From: an uncultured Chloroflexia bacterium
GTDB taxonomy: Bacteria > Chloroflexota > Limnocylindria > Limnocylindrales > CSP1-4
DNA: 64,000 nucleotides
Direction of reading: 5' to 3'
Assembly: GCA_963828165.1 (NCBI GenBank)
Contig: CAWHDR010000001.1
Span: 96,001 to 160,000, forward strand
The notes under the pieces: model-generated
Databases searched by the model: none
The model's input: only the letters and a program-made list of their open reading frames with translations
Told to the model about the DNA's origin: nothing
Program-made: the position numbers and the translations under genes
Shown: in pieces, positions 30,451 to 40,562 of the stretch
Position numbering within the stretch: position 1 is the stretch's first letter
Layout of the letters: each line of letters begins with the position of its first letter

Positions 30451-31382
30451 CGATCCTGGGCGGACGTCCGGCGCCAGAGCTCGGCGGCCAGGAGCTCGGC
30501 CGTCACCGACTCGACGATCGCTCGATGAAACGGGTCGGCGTCGGACGAGGTGCTCGGGACCGGGATCACCGTCCCGCCACGCCGCTCGATCGTGGCGCTG
30601 ACCTCAGCGTCGGCCGCCGCGCCCGGGAAGAGCAGGGCCCGGTGCCCCGGGAGCGCGAGATAGACGGCCGTGTGGAGCCAGTCGCCCGTGTCGCGCGCGG
30701 TAGCACGGAGCCTGGGCGCCTCCCGGAGCATCAGGGCCGCCTGCTCCGCGAGGCCGAGGATCCCGGCGTCGGCCAGGACGTCGATCGCGGGTGCGCCGTC
30801 CAGGGCCTCGCTCATGTCCGCCAGCCAGTGGTCCCGACCCTCGATCGCCGTCGTGAGGTCCGAGACGGTCGACGCCAGCGCCGCCGGCGTCCGACCGGCG
30901 AGCATCGCCAGCACCGCGACCGTGGCGCGGAAGGTGCGCGTGGCGACCCCCGCAGCTTCGATGCCCGCAAACACCGGCAGGACATGATCGGCGGCCGACG
31001 CCAGCTCCGACTCGGGATCGTTCGTCACGGCGATGACGAGACTCGTACCGCGATGTCGGCGCGCCGATGCGATCACCTCGGCCGTCCCGCCGGAGGCGGA
31101 GATGGCCACGAATGCCAGGTCCGGAGCCGGCGCCGTCGGCGCTCCGGTCGACGCGTACTCCACCCAAGCCGACGCCCCCGCGGCCCGCAGGTCGGAGCTT
31201 GCGATCATCGCGGCATATCGGGAGCTGCCGAGCCCCGTGAACGCGACCCGCGACATGACCCGCATGGTCGGCAAGAGAGCCGCGAGTGGCGTCTCGGCCC
31301 GGTCGTAGGCCTCCAGCAGGCGCTCGAGGGCGGCCGGGCCACCGAGGATGTCCGCCACCAGCTGGTCGACTCGATCGGTCAC
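30447..31382 (-). CDS. SIS (sugar isomerase) domain protein
   Basis: FTGLGSS, AISASGGTAE, AVTND...LA, ALMLRE; GTGA overlap with upstream gene. Confidence 0.82.
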   Translation of the reverse strand: MTDRVDQLVADILGGPAALERLLEAYDRAETPLAALLPTMRVMSRVAFTGLGSSRYAAMIASSDLRAAGASAWVEYASTGAPTAPAPDLAFVAISASGGTAEVIASARRHRGTSLVIAVTNDPESELASAADHVLPVFAGIEAAGVATRTFRATVAVLAMLAGRTPAALASTVSDLTTAIEGRDHWLADMSEALDGAPAIDVLADAGILGLAEQAALMLREAPRLRATARDTGDWLHTAVYLALPGHRALLFPGAAADAEVSATIERRGGTVIPVPSTSSDADPFHRAIVESVTAELLAAELWRRTSAQDR

Positions 31383-32818
31383 TCGCCGTCCTCGAACAGG
31401 GCGCGCATCCCCTCGGTCGGGGCGTAGAGCCACGACGGTAGGTAGGTGGTGGCATAGGCGAACTCGTACAGCTCCTTGTCGATCTCGAATGCCCGCAGCA
31501 GCGCTGGGTCCATGGCGATCCAGACCCGCTCCTGCCGGAGACCGGCCTGGTATGCCTCGAGGAACCGCTCCCGCGAGCGGCGGATCCAGCCCTCGAGGTC
31601 CAGTCCGACGTGGTCGAGCGGGCCATCGTTGGTCACCTCGGCCCGCCGAAGCGCGCTGCGAGCGACGTGGTCGAGCGAGCGCAGCATCGAGGCCACGTCA
31701 CGCAGCGGCGACCGATGCGCACGTCGGGCATCCGGCGGACTGAGCGGCTCACCCTCGAAGTCGATGACGCGAAAGCCGTCTGGCGCCAGCAGCAGCTGAC
31801 CGAGGTGGTAGTCGCCATGCGCCCGGATGACCTCCGGTGTCGTGGGGAGCGCGTCGAGCACGGTCAGTGCCTCGGCGATCTTCGGGGCGAGCTCGCGCAG
31901 GGTCGCGCGGGCCTCGTCCGCCGTAGTGACATCGAGCGCCGTCTCGAGGTGCGTCCGGGCGTCACGGGCCCATGAGCGGATCTCGTCGCGCGTCGCCTCG
32001 CGCGGCGCCATGTCCGGGAGCCCATGGCCATCGGAAAGCGCGGCGTGGAGGCCGGCGGTCAGCGTCCCGAGGTCGGCCGCGACTTCGGTCGCGTACTCGA
32101 CGCTCACCGCCCCCGGAGCTACGAGCCAGGCGGTGAGGGTATCGGCCAGCCATTCGAAGGCGTCGGCGCCGTCATGCACGTACTCCTGGGCCATCGCGAC
32201 CGTCGAGGTCCCGTCGCGAACCGACACGATCTCGGCGAAACCGGCGAGCCGCGGGACGGCCGAGAAGGCGGCCTCCTCGGACAGGAACGCGGTCATCTCG
32301 AGATCCGGGTTCAGCCCGGGCCGGAGCCGGCGGTACGCCTTGAGGATCAGGTGCTCGGCGAGGACCACGGAGGTGTTCGACTGGTCGGCGCCGAGATCGC
32401 GTTCCGTGCCCGCGGCGATCTCCTCTGCTCCGCCCGGCATGAGGTCGGGGAGCGCGGGGGCGGGGCGGCAGACAAGGACGGCCGTGGGTGGCGCGTCCGC
32501 GTCGGGATCCGTCGGGAGGGCCGCGACCATCCGTCCCTCCCCCATGGCGACACCGAGTGCCCGCCACGCACCGTCTCCTGGCATGGCCTCACGCAGCGGC
32601 GACCCCGTGAACGCGAACGAGTACGACTGCCGAGCGCCGTCGTCGAGCGTCAACGCCACGACGGCGAGCACGTGCGGCGCCGCTTCATCGAGGATGAACG
32701 CCTCGTCGAGGACCGCGGCGGTGACCGCGCGACCCTTCGCGCCAAACCAGCGAGCCGTCGCGATCGTCTCACGGTCGAGACGCCCGATCGCGGCCTCGAC
32801 GTCCCCGCGCGTGCTCAG
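31379..32818 (-). CDS. Maltokinase-like phosphotransferase (Mak/Pep2 family)
   Basis: RWFGAKGR, DQSNTS, LKAYR, HGDYHLGQ, IDFEGEP, RDVASMLRS; start uncertain (likely CTG 32818). Confidence 0.85.
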   Translation of the reverse strand: MSTRGDVEAAIGRLDRETIATARWFGAKGRAVTAAVLDEAFILDEAAPHVLAVVALTLDDGARQSYSFAFTGSPLREAMPGDGAWRALGVAMGEGRMVAALPTDPDADAPPTAVLVCRPAPALPDLMPGGAEEIAAGTERDLGADQSNTSVVLAEHLILKAYRRLRPGLNPDLEMTAFLSEEAAFSAVPRLAGFAEIVSVRDGTSTVAMAQEYVHDGADAFEWLADTLTAWLVAPGAVSVEYATEVAADLGTLTAGLHAALSDGHGLPDMAPREATRDEIRSWARDARTHLETALDVTTADEARATLRELAPKIAEALTVLDALPTTPEVIRAHGDYHLGQLLLAPDGFRVIDFEGEPLSPPDARRAHRSPLRDVASMLRSLDHVARSALRRAEVTNDGPLDHVGLDLEGWIRRSRERFLEAYQAGLRQERVWIAMDPALLRAFEIDKELYEFAYATTYLPSWLYAPTEGMRALFEDGE

Positions 32819-34131
32819 ACGGCTGCCGCCGTGACAGCCACGCGTTCGATGAGGTCGGCGGCACGCTTGGTGCCGGACGTGGACTTGATGCGCTTCGACA
32901 TCGCCTTCAGGCGCTTCGCCAGGGGTTTGTCGGCGACGAGCTCGTCGATCGCGTCGGTCAGCTCCTCGTCGCGAAAGCCGTAGGTCGAGAGGCGGCGGCC
33001 CAAGCCGGTCTCCTCGACGCGCTGGGCGTTGTCGACCTGGTCCCAGAAGAGCGGCAGCACGATCATCGGCTTGCCGTGGTGGAACGCCTCGGTGACGGTG
33101 TTGTTCCCGCCATGGGTGATCACGAGGTCGACCTGGGGCAGGATGGCCGGCTGGGGCAGGAACGCCTCGCCCACCTGATTGTCGTGGAGCGAGATCTGGT
33201 CGGCGAGTGGGCCCTTCGAGACGATGACCCGGTTCTCGGTGGTCGCCAGCAGGTCCACCAGGCGCTGCATGAGGGCGACGTCCGCGGAGCCGAGCGACCC
33301 CAGGGAGAGGTAGATCAACGCCCCGTCCCGCTCGGCCAGCTGCGTCGGAAGCTTCCACTTCGCCTCGGCGGCGCGGATCGTCGAGTCGAGCCGGTGCCAC
33401 GTCGGTCCGAGTGGGACCTCGCGTTCGTAATCGGCCTCGGCCGGGTACGAGTACAGGTTGAGGAACGGGGACTCGGCGATGAACTCGGGACCGAGCGTTC
33501 CGTACGTGAGGCCGGTCTCTCCGTTCGCGCGGCAGAAGGCGTCGAAGTCCATCCACATGTCGGCGTGCGTCCGGCGGACCTCGCGCAGGAATTCTGGCCA
33601 GCCGGTCTGGTCCGCCACCGCGTACCCGCTCGAGAATGGGGCGATCGCTGGGTCCTTCATCTCCATCGGATTGCACGACACGATCCGAACCCACGGCCGG
33701 CCGCTGGCCGCGATGGCCGGGAAGGCCACGACGTTGTCCTCGACGATCGCATCCGGAGCGAGCTCATCGAAGATCTCCGTCAGCCGCGGGTTCACGTGCT
33801 TGGCGCCATCGATCAGGGCCTGCCAGGTCGGCGCGATGAACTCGCCGAGCTGCTCGATGGTGCTCTTGCGAAAGACCGGCGCCGTGTCCCGGATGAAGTC
33901 GATCCAGAACTGGCCCGGGACCTCGACCTTTGCGTCGGCGGGCGGCGGGGGACCTAGCCGCATCAGGCGCTCCTCGAAGCCCTTCGCCTCGAGCGTGCCC
34001 GCGAACGACTCCTCCAGCACGAACACGACTCGGTGGCCGCGTTGCCGCAGGACGTTCCCGATCCCGACGCAGTTGTTGGTCGGGCCGAAGGCCCCCTCTG
34101 GAAAGAAGATGATCGTGCGCGGCTCGGTCAC
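32815..34131 (-). CDS. GT1/UGT-family (MGT-like) glycosyltransferase
   Basis: IYLSLGS, FLPQPAIL...ITHGGNNT...PLFWDQ UGT signature. Confidence 0.9.
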   Translation of the reverse strand: MTEPRTIIFFPEGAFGPTNNCVGIGNVLRQRGHRVVFVLEESFAGTLEAKGFEERLMRLGPPPPADAKVEVPGQFWIDFIRDTAPVFRKSTIEQLGEFIAPTWQALIDGAKHVNPRLTEIFDELAPDAIVEDNVVAFPAIAASGRPWVRIVSCNPMEMKDPAIAPFSSGYAVADQTGWPEFLREVRRTHADMWMDFDAFCRANGETGLTYGTLGPEFIAESPFLNLYSYPAEADYEREVPLGPTWHRLDSTIRAAEAKWKLPTQLAERDGALIYLSLGSLGSADVALMQRLVDLLATTENRVIVSKGPLADQISLHDNQVGEAFLPQPAILPQVDLVITHGGNNTVTEAFHHGKPMIVLPLFWDQVDNAQRVEETGLGRRLSTYGFRDEELTDAIDELVADKPLAKRLKAMSKRIKSTSGTKRAADLIERVAVTAAAV

Positions 34132-34217
34132 AGAAGCCTCCGTGAAGGGATGTCGCCCAGATGATGGCGATCCGCCTGGCCACTCGCTGACCGCCGTCGC
34201 AGCACGGAACGGCCGAG

Positions 34218-34253
34218 CCTATGCATCCACCTATGCATCCATCTAGGCATCCC
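34218..34253. promoter_or_regulatory. 3 x 12-bp tandem repeat, candidate operator upstream of the glycosyltransferase operon
   Basis: cctatgcatcca cctatgcatcca tctaggcatccc; overlaps a minus-strand TAGGCT -10 box. Confidence 0.5.
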
Positions 34254-35406
34254 AGCGGACCGGAAGATACTTCGGCTTCCTGAACACCACGCCGGTGGGC
34301 GGCGTCGCCCCGTCGGCAAGGTGCATCCCGCGCCAACCGTCGAGCGCGGCGTCCAGGGCCGCCTGAGTTTCCAGCCGCGCGAGGTGACTCCCGATACAGG
34401 CGTGCGGCCCCTGGGCGAACGCGACGTGCGATCGCGCGTTGGGCCTGGCGAGGTCGAACCGGTCGGGGTCCGGGAACGTGGCCGGGTCGCGGTTGGCGGC
34501 CGTCAGGGACACGATCACGAGGTCGCCCTTCCGGATGGCGGCGCCGGCGAGCTCCGTGTCGACGGTCGCGTAGCGATCGACCCGCCCGGCGGCCGGCTCC
34601 AGGCGCAACGATTCCTCGATGGCACTCGCGCCGAGCGATCGGTCCGCCCGCACGGCCGCCATGCCGTCGGGGTTCGTCAGCAGGTGCCAGAAGACCGACG
34701 TGGTCATGCCCTCGCTCGTCTCGATCCCACCGAACATCATCACCGCGGCGTTCGAGACGACCTCGGGATCGGTGAGCGTCCGTGCGGCTTCCGCCAGCAC
34801 GCCGCGATCCTGCTCGATGGTCTCCGAGACGTGACCGGCGAGGGCGCTCACGGCGGAGCGCGCGTCCGGGCCGATCTCGCCACCGACCGAGACGCGGTCG
34901 ACAGCGGCGACGATCTCGTCATACCACCCGAGAACGGTCCCGGGCGCGACGTCGAGTAGGTCGAGCGCGTCGGCCACGACGTTCACCGCCAGGGGCCCGG
35001 CGAGATCTCGCCGGATCTCGGCCGCACCGGCCGGCGCGAGGGTGGCGACGAGCCGCCGTGCCTCCTGTGCGACACGCCGGGCGAGTCGCTCGCGCAGCTC
35101 GGTCGCACGCAGGGCCTCGGCGAACGGGTCGCGGTGCCGCCGGTGCGTCTCCCCGTCGAGCGAGAGCATGCTCGGGCCAACGACCTGCGCCGTCGAGAAA
35201 CGCGGGTCGTCCACGGTGAAGGTCCCGGCGTCCCGCATGACCTCGACGCAGAGGTCGCGCCGGGTCACCAGCCAGCCGTCGAGGACCGGCACCCACGAGA
35301 CGGGCTCGCGCTCCCGCAGGGCTGCCAGGGGCCCATGCGGATCGGCGTCGAGATCATCGAGCGTGACCGCTGCGCCGAGCGGATAACGGGCGAGATTCGA
35401 GGTCAC
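34243..35406 (-). CDS. Cytochrome P450
   Basis: GGIETS I-helix, EESLR, FAQGPHACIG heme ligand. Confidence 0.93.
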   Translation of the reverse strand: MTSNLARYPLGAAVTLDDLDADPHGPLAALREREPVSWVPVLDGWLVTRRDLCVEVMRDAGTFTVDDPRFSTAQVVGPSMLSLDGETHRRHRDPFAEALRATELRERLARRVAQEARRLVATLAPAGAAEIRRDLAGPLAVNVVADALDLLDVAPGTVLGWYDEIVAAVDRVSVGGEIGPDARSAVSALAGHVSETIEQDRGVLAEAARTLTDPEVVSNAAVMMFGGIETSEGMTTSVFWHLLTNPDGMAAVRADRSLGASAIEESLRLEPAAGRVDRYATVDTELAGAAIRKGDLVIVSLTAANRDPATFPDPDRFDLARPNARSHVAFAQGPHACIGSHLARLETQAALDAALDGWRGMHLADGATPPTGVVFRKPKYLPVRWDA

Positions 35407-35416
35407 GCGCCCGAGT

Positions 35417-36181
35417 CTAGGCGGGAACAGCCAGCGCGACCACGAGCACGGCAAGCGCCCCCACGGAAACGACGAGGTCGCGCCAATGCCAGCCGCTTGG
35501 CCGGTAGAACGTCCGCGGCCCCGAGCCGAACGCCCGCGCATCCATGGCCAGCGCCATCCGATCGCCATGGCGGATCGCCAGCACGAGCACCCCGACGAGC
35601 AGCCCTGGATGCCATCCGCCGCGCAAGCCGCGCACCCGGCGTGCCTGCCGCAGCGTCGCAAGGTCCTCGCCGAAGCGCGGGATCGCGCCGTAGGCCGCCA
35701 ACGCCCCATACGCGAAGCGCGGCGAGACCCTCGCTTGCTGCACGAGCGAATCCACGAGCCGGGTCGGTTCCGTCGTCAGCGAGAACACCGCACCGACCGA
35801 CGCGATGGCGATGACCCGGCAGGCCAGTCCCACACCTGCGACCGCCGCCTCGGTCGCGATTCGGATCGGACCGATGCGCACCAGCTCGGCGGCTGCCGGA
35901 TCGCCGTTGGTCGCGGCGAACACGGTGTTCGAGATCCCGATCAGGACCGCCGCGACCCATAGCGGCGCCGTCGCTCTCGCCAGCATCGGCACCGGGATGC
36001 GGCCGAGCCACAGTCCGCCGACCATGGCGACCAGGGCGAGAAGCAGCGGCGGCAGGATCCGGGTCGTCAACGCAAGGCCGACCAGCCACGCCAGCGCGAT
36101 GGCGAGCTTGACCACCGGGTTAACCAGTCCGAGCGGGCTCGCGAGACGCGGCTCGTCGAGCTCGAGTCGGTCGAAGGTCAC
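35417..36181 (-). CDS. ECF transporter T component (YkoC-like)
   Basis: Hydrophobic; ARRVRG and AMDARAF conserved Arg motifs. Confidence 0.88.
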   Translation of the reverse strand: MTFDRLELDEPRLASPLGLVNPVVKLAIALAWLVGLALTTRILPPLLLALVAMVGGLWLGRIPVPMLARATAPLWVAAVLIGISNTVFAATNGDPAAAELVRIGPIRIATEAAVAGVGLACRVIAIASVGAVFSLTTEPTRLVDSLVQQARVSPRFAYGALAAYGAIPRFGEDLATLRQARRVRGLRGGWHPGLLVGVLVLAIRHGDRMALAMDARAFGSGPRTFYRPSGWHWRDLVVSVGALAVLVVALAVPA

Positions 36182-37680
36182 GACGCCCGCTGGTCGGACA
36201 CGATCCAGCCCCCGTCAAGCTCGATGGACCGCGTCGTGGCATCCGCCACGAAACGCTGGTCGTGCGTCGCGGCGATGAGCGTGGCGCCGGCCGACAGCCG
36301 CTCGTCGAGGATCTCCAGCAGGCCCTCGTAGCCGAAACGGTCCTGCCCGAAGGTCGGCTCGTCGAGCACGAGCACGGCCGGTTCGCGCACCAGCGCGGTG
36401 GCCAGCGACAGCCGCCGCTGCTCGCCGCCCGACAGCCGGTACGGGCTGCGCCGACCGAATCGATCGAGCGGGAGTCCCATCCGCCCCATCAGGATCCTGG
36501 CGGCGGGCCGCTGGGCGAACCGGAGGCCAAGGAGCACCTCGTCCTCCACGGTCTGCGCGAGGAACTGGCGCTCCGGGTCCTGGAAGACGTAGGCGGCCCG
36601 CCGGGCCAGTTCCGCGGGCGCCAGGCGGGCGGGATCGTCGCCGAGGAGCCGGACGGCACCCATGTCCGGCCGAAGCAGGCCCACGAGGAGACGAGCGAGC
36701 GTGGACTTCCCGCTGCCATTGGGTCCGACGAGGGCCACCCGCTCTCCGGCCTCGATGCGCAGGTGCACGTCGCGGATCACCGGTTCGCGTCGATCGAACC
36801 CGAAACGAAGGTTGGACGCCGCGATGATCGTCGGCCCTTCGCCACCCGGCTCGGGGCTTGACGTGAGGGCGAGTCCACGCCTCCCGCCCCCGCGGATCCG
36901 CCGTTCGACGGCCGCTGGCAGCCAGATCCCGGCATCGCGGAGCCGGGCGGCCGAGCGGCGCTCGACCTCCTGCGGCGTCCCGAAGTCGATCGGCCGACCC
37001 TCGCCGTCGAGCGCCAGGATGCGATCGGCCATGGACCACGCGGCCTCGACCAGGTGCTCGATCAGGACGATGGTCGTCGATCGCTCGGCGCGCAGGCTCG
37101 CGAGACGCTCCATGAAGGCCGCGGCCCCTGCCGGATCCAGGTTGGACGTCGGCTCGTCCAGCACGAGGACGCCGGGGCGGGGGGCCAGCGCGCCGGCCAG
37201 GGCCAGGCGTTGCTGCTGACCGCCGGACAGGCGCCGCGAGCGTTGCCGTTCCAGCCCGTCAAGTCCCAGCTCATCCAGCACCTCGGGCACTCGCGAGCGC
37301 ATCGCATGTCGCGGCCAGGCTCGGTTCTCGAGGCCGAAGGCGACGTCGTCCTCGACTCGCTCCATCACGAGCTGGCTGTCGGGGTCCTGCCAGACCATGC
37401 CGATCCGTGCTGCGACCGCGGCCGGCGCGAGGCTACCGATCTCGCGATCGTCGAGGGCGAGATGACCGCCCACCGCTGCCGGGATGTCGCGCGGGATGAG
37501 GCCTCCGATGGCAAGCGCGAGCGTGCTCTTGCCGGACCCGGACGGCCCTACGACCAGCATCGTGTTGCCCGCGGGCAGCTCGAACGAGACGCCGTCCAGG
37601 GCGAGGCGATCGGAGCCCCGATGGCCGATCGAGAGGTTGCGTGCCTCGAGCGACCCAGGCGGACGGTCGGGGGTCGTCAG
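36178..37680 (-). CDS. ECF transporter duplicated ABC ATPase (YkoD-like)
   Basis: Two Walker A (GPSGSGKS, GPNGSGKS), two LSGG signatures and two LDEPT motifs; start likely CTG 37680. Confidence 0.9.
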   Translation of the reverse strand: MTTPDRPPGSLEARNLSIGHRGSDRLALDGVSFELPAGNTMLVVGPSGSGKSTLALAIGGLIPRDIPAAVGGHLALDDREIGSLAPAAVAARIGMVWQDPDSQLVMERVEDDVAFGLENRAWPRHAMRSRVPEVLDELGLDGLERQRSRRLSGGQQQRLALAGALAPRPGVLVLDEPTSNLDPAGAAAFMERLASLRAERSTTIVLIEHLVEAAWSMADRILALDGEGRPIDFGTPQEVERRSAARLRDAGIWLPAAVERRIRGGGRRGLALTSSPEPGGEGPTIIAASNLRFGFDRREPVIRDVHLRIEAGERVALVGPNGSGKSTLARLLVGLLRPDMGAVRLLGDDPARLAPAELARRAAYVFQDPERQFLAQTVEDEVLLGLRFAQRPAARILMGRMGLPLDRFGRRSPYRLSGGEQRRLSLATALVREPAVLVLDEPTFGQDRFGYEGLLEILDERLSAGATLIAATHDQRFVADATTRSIELDGGWIVSDQRAS

Positions 37681-38273
37681 TCGGGGAATCCTTCGAACAC
37701 GCCGGCGCGCTTGAGCGAACGGTGCAGGGCGACCGATCCACCTGCCACGATGACGACGGCGGAGACGGCCATGAAGGCGAAGCGGATGACCTGGACGGTC
37801 GGGTCGACCGTGGCGTAGTAGAGCACCCAGTCGTGGATCCAGGCGGCGGCAGCACTGGCCACAGCCGCGATGGCCAGGACCGGGAACGTCCAGATCCGGT
37901 ACAGCGTGAACGCGAAGATCAGCTCCGCCGCGGCGCCCTGGACGAAGCCGGACAGAAGCGTATCCACGCCCCACAGGCTGCCGAGGAATGCCGAGACACC
38001 GGCCGCGACCATCTCGGCGAAGAGGGCTGCGCCCGGCTTGCGGATGACCAACGGAGCGAATACGGCGGGCATCAGCCAGACCGCGTAGCCGAGATCACGC
38101 AGCGGCAGAGCCAGGGTGGACAGGAAGGCCAGCGGGCCGTACCAGACCAGGCTCCATGCCCAGAACACCACACCGAATGCGACGCCGATGATGGCGGCGA
38201 TGACGATGTCGCGGGTGCGCCAGCGCGTGTCGGGCGCGGATGTCGGCCCCGCCGCGTCGTAGGTAGCTGTCAT
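37677..38273 (-). CDS. ykoE: ECF S component, thiamine/HMP (YkoE family)
   Basis: WRTRDIVIAA, IRKPGAALFAE, QGAAAE; directly downstream of TPP riboswitch. Confidence 0.88.
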   Translation of the reverse strand: MTATYDAAGPTSAPDTRWRTRDIVIAAIIGVAFGVVFWAWSLVWYGPLAFLSTLALPLRDLGYAVWLMPAVFAPLVIRKPGAALFAEMVAAGVSAFLGSLWGVDTLLSGFVQGAAAELIFAFTLYRIWTFPVLAIAAVASAAAAWIHDWVLYYATVDPTVQVIRFAFMAVSAVVIVAGGSVALHRSLKRAGVFEGFPD

Positions 38274-38351
38274 GTCGTCTTCCGAACCTCCGAGTCCAAT
38301 CAATGCGATACGCCGCCTCCGCTCGGGGGACGGCGTCATCGGATGACGTTC

Positions 38352-38446
38352 GGCCTGCTTCCTTCGCCGGTATGAGCCGGATCAGGTTCAGCGGGTAAGT
38401 GGCGGATGCCACACTCTCAGCGCTCGGACGCGCTCCCCGGAGGCGG
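38352..38446 (-). ncRNA. TPP riboswitch
   Basis: Reverse strand reads GGGG...GCTGAGAG...ACCC.CTGAACCTGATCCGGCTCATACCGGCGAAGGAAG, matching the THI element. Confidence 0.95.
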
Positions 38447-38512
38447 TGTTCGGTTGTGCGGAGAGCCTAGCACGGGGCGATCTCGGTGGGTTCGGCTCGA
38501 TATCATCGGCGC

Positions 38513-39353
38513 ATGGGCGTCGCCGATGGCTGGGTCGAGATCGGGGATCGTGTATTCGTGCGCCGGTACGAGTTCTACGACCAGAACATCGGCGTGATCC
38601 TGGGCGATGCCGAGACCCTGGTCATCGACACGCGTGCCACGTACGGGCAGGCGCGCGAGATCCTCGACGACCTGCGCTCCCTCACGAAGGATCCCGTGAC
38701 GGTCGTCATCGACACCCACGGGCATTGGGACCACACCTTCGGGAATGCCGTCTTCCGGCCCGCGACGATCTGGGGCCACGAGGGTTGCGTCACGTTCATG
38801 GAGCGGACCGGCGAGGCGCGCAAGCCGGCGATCGGCACGAACACCCCGGAGCTTGCGGGCTTCCTCGACGAGATCGTCATCGACCCGCCCGACCGGACGT
38901 TCGCCTCGAACGCGACGGTCCGAAGTCGGCGGCCGGGTCGTCGAGATGCGGTATCTCGGCCGTGGCCATACCGACCACGACATCGTGGTGTCCGTGCCCG
39001 GCACCGATGTGCTCTTCGCGGGCGACTTGCTGGAGAACGGGGCGGTGCCGTGGTACGGCGACGGATACCCCATCGAGTGGGCGACGACCGCCCAGCAGCT
39101 CGCCCAGCTCATCGACCCGGAGCGAGGCGTGGTCGTCCCGGGGCACGGCGACCATGCGGGTCGGGCCTTCGCCGACACCCAGACGGCGTCGATCGCGGAG
39201 GTGCCCGCGCTGGCGGCGCGGGTGCACGCCGGCGAGATCACCATCGACGATGCCGTCGCAGCCCATCCCTTCCCGGAGCACCCCGCGGAGGACGCGCGCC
39301 GGCCGCTGGTGCGGGCGGTGGCGCAGCTCCGCGGCGAACTGGCCCAGCCTTGA
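38513..39353 (+). CDS. MBL-fold metallohydrolase (frameshift ~38921)
   Basis: THGHWDH in first frame; GRGHT, FAGDL, VVPGHG in second frame. Confidence 0.85.
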
Positions 39354-40558
39354 GCGAGGTGCTCTGGAACGTCCGCCTGCTCGACCTCGAAGCGGGAGCG
39401 GCGACCGAGCGGCGGGCCATCAGGATCGACGACGGACTCGTGACCTCCATCGACGACGCCGACGGCTCGCCGCCGGAGGGCGCCCGCGATCTCGCCGGCG
39501 CGACGCTCCTGCCGGGCCTGATCGACGCCCACTGTCACGTGCTGTCCGACACGGACCGGAGCCCGGGCTTCGGGCCGCGGCCGATGCTCCACGGTGAGGC
39601 CCCACGCCCCGCGGCACTCGGCCACTACATCCTCGCCGCGTCGGCCGCCCGGATCGTCCAGTCCGGCTTCACGACCGTCCGCGATGTCGGCAGCTTCGAC
39701 GACGAGGCGAGCGCCCTGAAGATCGCGGTGGACCTGGGTGTCGTGCCGGGCCCGCGCATCCTGACCTGTGGGCGGATCGTCTCGGCCACGGCGCCCGGCG
39801 GCGTGATCTTCGGCACGATGTACCGGGAGGCCGACGGGCCCTGGGAGATGCGCAAGGCCGTGCGCGAGCAGATCCGGCGCGGCGCCGACTTCATCAAGTT
39901 CATGGCCACGGGTGCACGATCGGTCGTCGCGGAGGATCCGGAACCGGCCCAGATGACGCTGGAGGAGATGACCGCGATCGTCGACGAGGCGCATCGAATG
40001 GGCCGGCGGGTAGCCGCGCACGCGGAGGGCCTCGCCGGCACGCGCTGGGCGATCGAGGCCGGCGCCGACACGATCGAGCATGGCCTGTCCTTGCATCGGG
40101 ATCCATCGCTCCTCGATGCGATGGCGGCGCGAGGCGCGGTCCTCGTCCCCACGCTGACCACGTTCCACGACCTCGCCGAGCGCTTCGCGTCCGACTTCGC
40201 GCCCGCGCTCGTCGAGCAGGCGAAACGGCAGCTGGAGGAGGCGCTCAAGACGGTAGCTTCGGCCCGGAGCGCGGGCGTGACCCTCGCGCTCGGCTACGAC
40301 AGCGGTCCGCCCGGGGCATCGGCCAACGAGCTGGTCCGGCTGTCCGAAGCCGGCCTGCCCCCGATCGACGCGCTCCGCGCCGCCACGATCGGCGGGGCCG
40401 CGGCCCTGGGGCGGCCCGAGCTCGGGCACGTGGCCGTCGGGGGGCCGGCGGACCTCGTCGTTGTCGACGGCGCCCCGGAGGTCGACCTTACGCTGCTGAC
40501 CCGACCGGACTCGATCGTGATGGTCCGCAAGGCCGGCGTACCGGTCGCACTCGGCTAG
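39350..40558 (+). CDS. Amidohydrolase family (Xaa-Pro dipeptidase-like)
   Basis: PGLIDAHCH, GFTTVRD, GADFIK, AAHAEG, TIEHG, ADLVVVDG; TTGA overlap with MBL stop. Confidence 0.9.
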   Translation: MSEVLWNVRLLDLEAGAATERRAIRIDDGLVTSIDDADGSPPEGARDLAGATLLPGLIDAHCHVLSDTDRSPGFGPRPMLHGEAPRPAALGHYILAASAARIVQSGFTTVRDVGSFDDEASALKIAVDLGVVPGPRILTCGRIVSATAPGGVIFGTMYREADGPWEMRKAVREQIRRGADFIKFMATGARSVVAEDPEPAQMTLEEMTAIVDEAHRMGRRVAAHAEGLAGTRWAIEAGADTIEHGLSLHRDPSLLDAMAARGAVLVPTLTTFHDLAERFASDFAPALVEQAKRQLEEALKTVASARSAGVTLALGYDSGPPGASANELVRLSEAGLPPIDALRAATIGGAAALGRPELGHVAVGGPADLVVVDGAPEVDLTLLTRPDSIVMVRKAGVPVALG

Positions 40559-40562
40559 TCGA

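Noticed and set aside
34243-38446. P450 as part of the TPP-riboswitch operon (thiamine salvage P450)
   Set aside because: Only 10 bp from the ECF T gene, but TAGACT 7 nt before its GTG suggests an independent leaderless promoter; co-regulation is unsupported
38486-40558. Apparent MBL-amidohydrolase fusion (690 aa)
   Set aside because: Caused by the frameshift at ~38921; the MBL C-terminus is in another frame and the amidohydrolase has its own TTG start
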